This document shows, piece by piece, positions 51,433 to 60,185 of a stretch of 64,000 nucleotides of DNA. The first letter of the stretch is position 1. Each line of letters starts with the position of its first letter. The notes under the pieces were generated by a model. It saw nothing but the letters and a program-made list of their open reading frames with translations. It was not told the DNA's origin and searched no databases. The position numbers and the translations under genes are program-made. The stretch lies in sequence record SRR31156797_5435; one strand, given 5' to 3'.

Positions 51433-52011
51433 TCAAGATTGATCCACTCTGTTTAGATGCAACACTTTTTGATAGAAATACAAGGGCCCAGACAGACAAA
51501 ACAGATAGAAGATACCTGGTGCTGATTGCCATGTGAAGAAATAGCCGATCGCTGCTAGGACTAAGATTCCGATCCCTTTATGGTAGTGCATCATCGTAAA
51601 GAAAAAACTACTACGAAAAAGGTCAAACAGGTTTTGCCGATCTTGCATTTTTGATTGCATCACATACAGGTTAATGTTGTAGGACAACAAAAAAGTAAGA
51701 AAAATGATGGTCAAAAAAGAGAAAAACAATGAATTCGTCAAAGTAGCAGAACGCCACAAGCTGAGTCCGCATAAAAATGAGAAGAGATTGAAGACCCCTA
51801 GTGGCAGAGTCTTCAATAACGCGCTTTTGCTATTTTTCAAAAAGGGTTTTAGCAGTTTTGCTTCAGGATGTTCGTAAGCATCGACCACTGCTCGCAAAGC
51901 GGCTGGAAACGTGATGATCGGAAACGATACCACTAAAAACAAGAGATTCAATACCAGCATACGAAAAACGATTTCGCAAAGACGATAAAAACGACTCTCT
52001 AAAGCAAACAT
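51433..52011 (-). CDS. YesL/DUF624 membrane protein
   Basis: 'LNLLFLVVSFPIITFPAA'; follows the SBP gene; start uncertain (52011 or 52020). Confidence 0.75.
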   Translation of the reverse strand: MFALESRFYRLCEIVFRMLVLNLLFLVVSFPIITFPAALRAVVDAYEHPEAKLLKPFLKNSKSALLKTLPLGVFNLFSFLCGLSLWRSATLTNSLFFSFLTIIFLTFLLSYNINLYVMQSKMQDRQNLFDLFRSSFFFTMMHYHKGIGILVLAAIGYFFTWQSAPGIFYLFCLSGPLYFYQKVLHLNRVDQS

Positions 52012-52026
52012 CACACTCACACACCT

Positions 52027-53670
52027 TTAGTTTAATTTTTCAATATTTTCAGCGATTTTCTCATTTCGGTAATCAACGATTGCTGACCATCCATTGTTTT
52101 CTCGTTCTTTTAGGTAGTCTTCCCAAATCTGACGGCCCGCTTCTTCCGAGTCTGCTTGAATAAAGTTGACCAACGCTTGCACTCTTGCTGTGTTGATGGA
52201 AGTGAGGTTTCTTGCTTCAGAACCGGTGCGAGGATCAATGTCTTCGATCTCAAAACGCGGCGCCAATTTGTCTTGCGACCATTCCACCATCTGCCGAATC
52301 GATGTTGCTGGTTTTTGTCCCATTTGAATGGCGTAATTGTCATTGCCAACAAACCAATAAGAACCTAAACCAATTTCCTTATCAAAGCGAGCAATATCAG
52401 AATTTCGTAACGCTTCTGTTTCTTCTGAGTACTCAACCACGCCATCCACAAGATTGTATGTTTCCCCTTCGATACCAAAGGTAGTGACCATCGTGCCATA
52501 CTCACTTGCTAAATACGTCAAAAGTTCCATGGCTTTTTGGGGTTCTTTTGTCGACGTCGTGATGAAGGTTTGTGTCCATCCACCAATATTTCCGCCAGTA
52601 AAAGTGGAATCATCGCCATTCGAATTTTTCGGACCATCGACGGCAATATAGGTTTGCTCAGGATTACGGGCATTATTATCGGACATAAACTCATTGAGTC
52701 CCTTCGTATTCGTATGCAGGTAAGCAAAATAACGCCCTTGTCCTAGTTTTTCCTTCATCGTGTTGTCATTGTCTGAAAACTGGTCATTGTTGATGTATCC
52801 CTCATTGTACGCTTTTCTAAATGTCTCGATCCAAGTGATGTACTCCTCATCAGCGTCACGATCATTGAATTGACCGTCTACACTTGGTGCGATACTGAGA
52901 AAGTCTTGCAAAGTACCACCATAGGCGCCATCCCCACCATTGGAAATATCTAGTGCAGTCGAAGCAAATGGGACTAGAGCTGCACCATCATCTGCTGTCG
53001 GAAATGCTTCTTTTGCCCGTTTTAACGCATCTAAAAATCCTTCTGGCGTCGACATATCGGGTTCCCCTAATGCTTCATAAATATCTTTGCGGACAATGAA
53101 AACTTGGTCTCCTACTACATTGCCGTCCTCATAATCTTGTGCAGTCGTGGAAAAGCTTGGGTATCCATAAATGTTGCCATCTTCTAAAGTAAACCATTGA
53201 ACAGATTCCGGTTTCGCTGCATGTTCTAAGAAGTAAGGGTCATATTTTTCTGCCAAAAGATTTAATGGCAAGGCAAATTTTGTCGCTTCATTTGCAGCAG
53301 ACAGGTTTTTATCGAAGGTCATGATATCTGGAAGATCGCCACCAGCTAGCATCGTATTAAGGTTCTCGTCATTTCCTGAAATAAATTCGACATTGATATT
53401 CATATCTTCTTTGATTTTTCGCGTCACAGTATCTTTGCCCCAACCCGGCTGAGCATACCAATCAAAATTGACATACCATTTCAAAGTAGCTTCATGGTCG
53501 GTGTCCTTTTGCCAGCTAGGCGTGTCTTTATCTGCTTCAAAGCGGGCTTCTGGCAGATCTTCTACGACGGCGGCCCCTTTGGAATCATTATTGGAATTGC
53601 CGCAGGCTCCTAATACTATGGTTGACGTAAGTGCGAGACCGATCCCTAAAAATAATTTGCTTGCTTTCAT
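52027..53670 (-). CDS. ABC transporter sugar-binding lipoprotein
   Basis: Lipobox 'LGAC', 'GDLPD', 'VRKDIYEALG'. Confidence 0.9.
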   Translation of the reverse strand: MKASKLFLGIGLALTSTIVLGACGNSNNDSKGAAVVEDLPEARFEADKDTPSWQKDTDHEATLKWYVNFDWYAQPGWGKDTVTRKIKEDMNINVEFISGNDENLNTMLAGGDLPDIMTFDKNLSAANEATKFALPLNLLAEKYDPYFLEHAAKPESVQWFTLEDGNIYGYPSFSTTAQDYEDGNVVGDQVFIVRKDIYEALGEPDMSTPEGFLDALKRAKEAFPTADDGAALVPFASTALDISNGGDGAYGGTLQDFLSIAPSVDGQFNDRDADEEYITWIETFRKAYNEGYINNDQFSDNDNTMKEKLGQGRYFAYLHTNTKGLNEFMSDNNARNPEQTYIAVDGPKNSNGDDSTFTGGNIGGWTQTFITTSTKEPQKAMELLTYLASEYGTMVTTFGIEGETYNLVDGVVEYSEETEALRNSDIARFDKEIGLGSYWFVGNDNYAIQMGQKPATSIRQMVEWSQDKLAPRFEIEDIDPRTGSEARNLTSINTARVQALVNFIQADSEEAGRQIWEDYLKERENNGWSAIVDYRNEKIAENIEKLN

Positions 53671-53688
53671 TTTTTTCTCTCCTTTTGT

Positions 53689-54564
53689 CTATTCTTTTAC
53701 TGATCCAAGAGTCATCCCTTGAATAAAGTACTTTTGTAAAAATGGATAGATGACGACGACAGGAACCGTCGTGACGACCATGGTTGCTAATTGCAATGAC
53801 TGTGAAGTCGTATTTCTGACCACATTGGTTCCGGTCGCCACTGCAGGCGATAGATTTTCCGAAACGATCCGAAATAGTAGCATTTGTAAAGGATATAAAC
53901 TGCGATCATCCACATAGATATTGGCGGTCATGTAGTCGTTCCACTGAAAGACGCCGTGGAATAATGCAATGGTTGCCAAAACTGGAAGGGACAATGGCAA
54001 AATGATTTTCACGAAAATAATAAAAGGATTGGCGCCATCCATCATGGCAGATTCTTCCAGCGAAAATGGAATGCTCCGGAAAAAATTCATCAAAATCACC
54101 ATATCGTAAAAAGAAAATAAGACAGGAATGATGTAAACCCAAAAATTATTTAACAACCCTAATTCTTTGAATAAGAGAAAGGTTGGGATCATTCCTCCGG
54201 AAACGAACATCGTTAAAATCCCCATGTTCATGTAGATTTTCCGTCCCATTAAGTTTCTGCGACTCATCCCATAGGCGACCATCGCCGTTAATGCCGTATG
54301 CAAAACAACGCCAATCACTGTTTTTGCAACTGAGATAACAAAAGCTTTATAGATCGCAGAATCTTCAAAAACGGTGTAGTAACTTTCTAGTGAAAATTCC
54401 CGTGGCCAGAAATAGATCCCCCCTCTTGCGGCATCGGTTGCATCATTGAACGACAAAGCGACGATATTCCATAATGGCAACGCAATGATGGCTAAAAAGA
54501 ATACCATGAAAATCACATTGGCGGTATTGAAGATCTTCTCATCTTTTGAAAATGTTTGTTTCAT
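53689..54564 (-). CDS. Carbohydrate ABC permease (LplC-like)
   Basis: 'SLEESAMMDGA', 'YPFLQKYFIQG'. Confidence 0.92.
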   Translation of the reverse strand: MKQTFSKDEKIFNTANVIFMVFFLAIIALPLWNIVALSFNDATDAARGGIYFWPREFSLESYYTVFEDSAIYKAFVISVAKTVIGVVLHTALTAMVAYGMSRRNLMGRKIYMNMGILTMFVSGGMIPTFLLFKELGLLNNFWVYIIPVLFSFYDMVILMNFFRSIPFSLEESAMMDGANPFIIFVKIILPLSLPVLATIALFHGVFQWNDYMTANIYVDDRSLYPLQMLLFRIVSENLSPAVATGTNVVRNTTSQSLQLATMVVTTVPVVVIYPFLQKYFIQGMTLGSVKE

Positions 54565-54576
54565 ACTTTTCCTCCT

Positions 54577-55524
54577 CTAAAAGACTGATTCATCACTGAT
54601 TTTTTTGGTCAAAAGATGACTTCCTACTACGAGGATCAAAGAAACAACCGACACAAACAGGCCAACGGCGGTCGCATAGGAGAAGTCTCCTTGTTGGATC
54701 CCCATTTTATAGACAAATGAATTAATGACTTCACTGGACTGATAATTGACAGGGTTTTGTAAGACGAGTGTCTGATCGAGGTTAGAACCCAATAACCCCC
54801 CCACTGACAAAACAAATGTCAAGGCGATAATATGACGGATCGAAGGAATCGTGATCCGCGTGATCTGCTGGAACTTCGTGGCGCCATCCATTCTAGCTGC
54901 TTCATAAAGAGCTGGATTGATCCCCGTCATAGCAGCGATGTATAAAATCGTATTCCAGCCAACTTCTTTCCAAATATCGGAAATGACTGCAATCGCCCAA
55001 TATTTTTCGGGATCGGTCAAGAAGCGGATCGGTTCATCGATCAACCCAAAACCTAACAGTAAATTATTGACCAGACCGGTATCAGACAACCACGTAATAA
55101 ACATGCCACCTAAGATGACCCAAGAAAGAAAGTGCGGCAAATAAGACACCGTTTGAACGACCTTCTTCAAGCGCACATGAACGATTTCATTGATCAATAC
55201 CGCTAAACCAATCGCCGCTGGAAAGCCAATCAGTAGTTTAAAAAAGCTGATGCCCAATGTATTACTCATCACCGTCCAAAACATTGAATCACTAAAAAAT
55301 TCTTGAAAATATTGAGTACCGACCCACTCCGCATTTGCGATCGAATCAAGAACTGAGTAATCTTTAAACGCGATAACGATCCCATACAATGGGATAAAAT
55401 TAAAAATAATCATCAAGATAATACCTGGCCAAACCATCGCTTGATAAAAGCTTTGGCTTTTTAGTTTTTGCAAAAATGACCTTTTCTGTGGGGTTGCTTT
55501 TAGCATGACACCTTTTGATTCCAT
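54577..55524 (-). CDS. Carbohydrate ABC permease (LplB-like)
   Basis: 'YLPHFLSWV', 'LYEAARMDGA'. Confidence 0.92.
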   Translation of the reverse strand: MESKGVMLKATPQKRSFLQKLKSQSFYQAMVWPGIILMIIFNFIPLYGIVIAFKDYSVLDSIANAEWVGTQYFQEFFSDSMFWTVMSNTLGISFFKLLIGFPAAIGLAVLINEIVHVRLKKVVQTVSYLPHFLSWVILGGMFITWLSDTGLVNNLLLGFGLIDEPIRFLTDPEKYWAIAVISDIWKEVGWNTILYIAAMTGINPALYEAARMDGATKFQQITRITIPSIRHIIALTFVLSVGGLLGSNLDQTLVLQNPVNYQSSEVINSFVYKMGIQQGDFSYATAVGLFVSVVSLILVVGSHLLTKKISDESVF

Positions 55525-55581
55525 TTTTCCACCCTTTCTAAAACGCTTACTTTTTCACCCAAAGGAAATACATGCTTTCCT

Positions 55582-56499
55582 TTATTGGTTCATCAATTGA
55601 TAGACCGCACCAATCATACCAGCATCATTTTTTAATTTTGCTCGTTGAATCGGTGCAATCGTGCGACCTTCTAAATAACCAATACTTTCATGGCGAGCTT
55701 TTAGCTGGCTCATGGTCTCTTCAAGCCTTGTCATGAAACCATCATTTTCACTGACCCCACCACCAACCAAAATCAGCTCGGGATCAAATGTACTGATCAA
55801 ATTCAGTAAGCCCACTGATAAATCTTGGAAAAATTGAGCAATCACTTGGTTCGCTACTACTTCTCCTTGTTCTCCTCTCTGGAAGATCTCGACTGCATCT
55901 TGAGGCAGATCACTTCGCCCTTGTTGCTGAAGTGCCAGTTGATACTGATGGCAAAGACCACCCACGATGGCTGCTCGTTGATTCAAGGAAACTGACTCTA
56001 GATTTCCCTGTTCAGGCAATGTGTCGATCAGCATCCACCCAAATTCACCTGCCATGCCATGACTGCCTCGATAGAGCTGATTGTTGACGATGATCCCGCC
56101 ACCAATACCAGTTCCCACAACAAGACAAAGATAGTTCTCACAAGCCTGTGCATGCCCAAGCCATTTTTCAGCAATCGCTGCAGCATTGGCATCATTTTCA
56201 ACAAGGACTGGCAGCTTGACACGTTTCTCTAATTCCAACTTTAGGTTGATTCCATAAAGCGGTTTGATTGATCCTGCCGTGATCATCGTGCCATCTTTTT
56301 GGATGATGCCCGGTGCGCTAATACCGACACCTTCGATCATTGCGTCTTGCTGCAGCGATTCGATCAATGCTGTGATGGATTGCAAAAATTTTTCTTTTTC
56401 ATGAATGGTTGGCATCTGTCCTTTCTTCACAATTTCACCCGTTCTCAAAATCACACCATATTTGATAGCCGTTCCTCCAACATCAATTCCAATAAACAT
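55582..56499 (-). CDS. ROK-family sugar kinase (beta-glucoside kinase-like)
   Basis: 'GIDVGGT', 'ENDANAAA', 'GTGIGGG', 'AGEFG'; no HTH. Confidence 0.88.
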   Translation of the reverse strand: MFIGIDVGGTAIKYGVILRTGEIVKKGQMPTIHEKEKFLQSITALIESLQQDAMIEGVGISAPGIIQKDGTMITAGSIKPLYGINLKLELEKRVKLPVLVENDANAAAIAEKWLGHAQACENYLCLVVGTGIGGGIIVNNQLYRGSHGMAGEFGWMLIDTLPEQGNLESVSLNQRAAIVGGLCHQYQLALQQQGRSDLPQDAVEIFQRGEQGEVVANQVIAQFFQDLSVGLLNLISTFDPELILVGGGVSENDGFMTRLEETMSQLKARHESIGYLEGRTIAPIQRAKLKNDAGMIGAVYQLMNQ

Positions 56500-56512
56500 T
56501 GCTTCACCCTCA

Positions 56513-57514
56513 TTATTCATTTACTTGTTTTGTCGATTGATTAATACTCAATTCTCCTGGTAAAACGTAGGAGACACCACATGCATTTTCCTCAATCATT
56601 TCGATCAAGTGGTTTACTGCCGTGACCCCTTGCAATTGGATTGGATTTTTCACAGTCGTCAACCGAGGCATGAAATAGTCCAAGAGATCGATGCCATCAA
56701 AGCCAATTACGCTGAAATCATCCGGCACCCGCCACTTGGTCTCATGGATCGCCTTGACCGTTCCGATCGCACTAAGATCATTTCCCGCCAGAAACGCTGT
56801 GGGTAAATCTTTCTGCTCTAGCAAAAACTGTTGCACGCGGACTCTCGTTCGTTCTTCTTCAAAGAACCCCTGCAATTGATAGTCCGACCGTTTAGAAACC
56901 CCTGCCTCGTTTAATGCTTCTAAATACCCTCTTAAACGCTCATCACTATCATAAACACCAGTAATACCACTGATAAAGGCAATTTTTTTGTGGCCAAGTG
57001 ACAAAAGATACTCGGTGGCTGCTTTCCCTTTTTCGAAAGAATCAAAGACTACACTGCCGAAGTTCTTCTCTTGAATGTTTCGATCGATAAAGACGGCTTT
57101 GATTTGTTCTCGTTCCATCGCAGCCAAATCCTGCTTCGTTAAAAAATCTTCAAATCCAATAATGCCATCAACAACACCACCTAAAATACTATTGAGGACA
57201 ACGCGCTTATCTGCAGATAAAAACACGTTGACTGCATACCCATGTTTTTCTGCCTCTCTGGCAATGGCTTCAACTAGTACGCTAAAGTAGGGGCCCTTAA
57301 TGCTGGTGGTGTAAAAACCAAGCATCTTGGTTTTCGTGTTTTTTAATTGTTTGCCCATCAAATTTGGGACATAATGCAACCGCTGCGCGGCAGCCATCAC
57401 ACGTTCTTTCGTTGCGGGCCGAACAACATCGACACCGTTTAATGCTTTAGACACGGTCGCAATCGACACGTTTGCCTCCTTTGCCACTTCCCGAATCGTG
57501 ATTCGATTTGTCAA
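56513..57514 (-). CDS. LacI-family repressor
   Basis: 'TIREVAKEANVSIATVSKALN'; TTG start after AGGAGGGG. Confidence 0.92.
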   Translation of the reverse strand: MTNRITIREVAKEANVSIATVSKALNGVDVVRPATKERVMAAAQRLHYVPNLMGKQLKNTKTKMLGFYTTSIKGPYFSVLVEAIAREAEKHGYAVNVFLSADKRVVLNSILGGVVDGIIGFEDFLTKQDLAAMEREQIKAVFIDRNIQEKNFGSVVFDSFEKGKAATEYLLSLGHKKIAFISGITGVYDSDERLRGYLEALNEAGVSKRSDYQLQGFFEEERTRVRVQQFLLEQKDLPTAFLAGNDLSAIGTVKAIHETKWRVPDDFSVIGFDGIDLLDYFMPRLTTVKNPIQLQGVTAVNHLIEMIEENACGVSYVLPGELSINQSTKQVNE

Positions 57515-57549
57515 ATGATTCTCCCCTCCTGAAGGATTCTTCCCAAAAA

Positions 57550-57563
57550 TAAAAACGTTTTTA
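57550..57563. promoter_or_regulatory. LacI/cre-type operator
   Basis: Perfect palindrome TAAAAACGTTTTTA; near-copies TAAAAACGTTTTCA at 57623 and 59992. Confidence 0.65.
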
Positions 57564-57714
57564 TTTTGCTGAAAAAATCAACGACCACTCTAAGGTTGGC
57601 CATCCGATAAACCAACTATATATAAAAACGTTTTCACCCACAATGGTTCTAGGTCTAGTTGGCGCATGTACCAGCACCTTGAAACCTGTGCCACTTTGGT
57701 ACAAGTTGTACCCG

Positions 57715-57739
57715 AAAAAAAAAGCCTCGAAAGGCTTTT
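57715..57739 (-). terminator. Terminator after GH3
   Basis: AAAAGCCT-TTCG-AGGCTTTT followed by a T tract on the minus strand. Confidence 0.8.
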
Positions 57740-59882
57740 AAATCGTGAGCGCACCAATCAACTTCGCTGAGGCAGCAGCAAAGCCAAGGTATAAGGAAAT
57801 CGTACCAGGATCACTTTCTGTCGAGAAATCGGAATGAACATAAGCAAAATCCTCTGGTGTAACATAGAATGAATGCTGCCTTTCTTCGGCTGCAGCAAGA
57901 TGGATTTTTTGCCATTGTTTCAATTCCCTCATCGGTCGTGCTACTTCCGTAACATCGTCTCTGCTATAGAGTTGCAATGTCGTTGTATGCGGCACATCGC
58001 CCTCATTTTTCAGTGTGCAACTGATCTCAAATGGCGCACCCTTTTCCTGAGGAATAATGATTTGGGTGTGGGTAATCGTGCATTTACTATAGCCTATCCC
58101 CGAGCCAAAAGAAAACAACGGCTCATTTTTTTCATCCATATAGCGCGAAATATATTTTTGATCACTATTCTCTTCTGTCAGTGGCCGACCTGTAGAGAGT
58201 TGAGCATAAGTCAACGGCAACTGTCCTTCTGCCCTTGGAAAACTCATAGCTAAACGTCCTTGCGGTTCAGAGTCGCCCATCAACAAATCTGCCAATGCAT
58301 TACCGCCTTCTGATCCAGGGAACCAGGCAATCATGATGGCTTGACAAAGAGGCTCGATGGCGGTCAAAACCAGTGGTCTGCCACAGAAAAGAATCGTTGC
58401 GATCCTAGGATTGACCTGACTTACTGCTTCAATCAATGCTTCTTGCTTTCTTGATAAAGAAAGTTTGGTCAGACTTGCCGCTTCTCCCGCTTCCTCGCTG
58501 GTTTCCCCCAGAGCCAATAAAACGACTTCAGCTCCTTTAGCGACTTTACACGCCTCATCAAGAAAGGCGCTCGTCAACATTTCCCCATCAGGGTATGGTA
58601 AGACAGTTAAGTCAATTTCTTTTTGAGAAAGACCTTCCGCTAAGGAGACCGCAGCCTCTGGTTTGCCGATCCACGACCAAGCCCCCAAAAGATCCTTTGA
58701 ATCTGCTTTGGGACCGATCAGCGCGACCTTTTGTTTTTTCTGCAAAGGCAACAGTGCCTGGTTTTTCAGAAGAACCGTTGTTTGCTTTGCTGCTTCTCTT
58801 GAAAGAAGACGGGTTTCCTTTAGGAGTCTAGGCGTTAAGTTTTCCGGTGCTAACCCTCTATAAGGGTCTTCAAAAAGGCCTAGCTTGTTCTTTAAATGTA
58901 GCACATGAAAAACCGCCTTATTCAACTGCTCTTTCATAGCAGGATCTGCCTGAATGATTTGCTCTAGTGCGTTCAAATAGCAATCACTCATCATATCCAT
59001 TTCGACACCTGCAGTAAAAGCTTTCTGTGCGGCTTCCTTTCGATCAGCAGCTACACGATGCGCCATCAATTCCGCCACCGCTGCCCAATCTGAGATGATC
59101 AAGCCATCAAACCCAAGCTTTTCTCGCAATACTTCCTGCAACAATGGTTGATTGGCTGTGGCCGGCACACCATGGATCGTATTAAAAGAAGTCATGACCA
59201 ATTCTGCACCAGCTTCAATCGCCGCCTGAAACGCGGGCAGATAATTTTGGTAGAGCTCCAGATCAGACAAATCGACAGTATGGTAATCCCGGCCGCCTTC
59301 TGCAGCGCCATAGCCGATAAAGTGTTTGACACAAGCAGCAATTCGCTGTTTATTTTCTGCAAGGGAAGCAGTTCCTTGATACCCTCGTACATAAGCAGCC
59401 GTCAACACCGCAGATAAGGTCGGATCTTCCCCATTACTTTCCAAGACCCTCCCCCAGCGCGCGTCTTTAACATGATCCGCCATCGGTGAAAACGTGACAT
59501 GGACACCAGCTTCTGCCGCTTCTTTTGCTGAAGCTTTAGCAACCTCTTCCACTAACTGCGCATCAAAGGAAGATGCTAATGCCAGTGGAATTGGGAAAAT
59601 CGTTTCATACCCATGGATAACATCTGCCATAAAAACAAGAGGAATCTTTAAGCGACTTTTCTCAAGATAAGACGTTTGGATGGCATACACTTGTTCCGCA
59701 GTATGAGTGCCCAACACAGAACCAATCGAAAATAATTGGTCTTCACTCATGTGCCATTGTTGCATCGGACCGGTGATTTCTCCTCCTTGCGCAAAAAAAT
59801 CTGGCGTCAATTGGACCAACTGGCCCACTTTTTCAGCTACAGTCATTTGGTCAATCAGTTCTTTTAGTTTTACGGTTTCCAC
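57738..59882 (-). CDS. GH3 beta-glucosidase (BglX-like), cytoplasmic
   Basis: 'EKVGQL', 'DVIHG', 'RWGR', 'KHF', nucleophile 'ISDW', FnIII 'RPMRELK'; GTG start probable. Confidence 0.92.
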   Translation of the reverse strand: METVKLKELIDQMTVAEKVGQLVQLTPDFFAQGGEITGPMQQWHMSEDQLFSIGSVLGTHTAEQVYAIQTSYLEKSRLKIPLVFMADVIHGYETIFPIPLALASSFDAQLVEEVAKASAKEAAEAGVHVTFSPMADHVKDARWGRVLESNGEDPTLSAVLTAAYVRGYQGTASLAENKQRIAACVKHFIGYGAAEGGRDYHTVDLSDLELYQNYLPAFQAAIEAGAELVMTSFNTIHGVPATANQPLLQEVLREKLGFDGLIISDWAAVAELMAHRVAADRKEAAQKAFTAGVEMDMMSDCYLNALEQIIQADPAMKEQLNKAVFHVLHLKNKLGLFEDPYRGLAPENLTPRLLKETRLLSREAAKQTTVLLKNQALLPLQKKQKVALIGPKADSKDLLGAWSWIGKPEAAVSLAEGLSQKEIDLTVLPYPDGEMLTSAFLDEACKVAKGAEVVLLALGETSEEAGEAASLTKLSLSRKQEALIEAVSQVNPRIATILFCGRPLVLTAIEPLCQAIMIAWFPGSEGGNALADLLMGDSEPQGRLAMSFPRAEGQLPLTYAQLSTGRPLTEENSDQKYISRYMDEKNEPLFSFGSGIGYSKCTITHTQIIIPQEKGAPFEISCTLKNEGDVPHTTTLQLYSRDDVTEVARPMRELKQWQKIHLAAAEERQHSFYVTPEDFAYVHSDFSTESDPGTISLYLGFAAASAKLIGALTI

Positions 59883-60140
59883 TATTATTCTCTCCAATCA
59901 TTAGGCTCTATTCTTTTGCTTATCGAACTTGCGGCATTTGCTCCTTCTTAGCAGAAGCAACATGTTGCCGATTCCTTTCATTCAGTATAATTAAAAACGT
60001 TTTCAAAAAAAGACGGTCTTCATACTTTGGTGCAACTCATGGCAAAAAGGAAAAATCTTCATCATGGTACAAGGTGTACCATAAATAATGGATAACACCA
60101 AATCCCCTGATACATCCGACATTGTGTCTTCTCCGATGCT

Positions 60141-60180
60141 AACAAAAAGAAGCTGCAATTCGCTGCAGCTTCTTTTTGTT
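60141..60180. terminator. Terminator after the WxL gene
   Basis: Perfect 17-bp inverted repeat AACAAAAAGAAGCTGCA-6nt-TGCAGCTTCTTTTTGTT. Confidence 0.85.
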
Positions 60181-60185
60181 TATTG

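Noticed and set aside
57679-57693. TGGCAC on the minus strand as a third sigma54 promoter
   Set aside because: No GC at -12 (GG-N10-AA)
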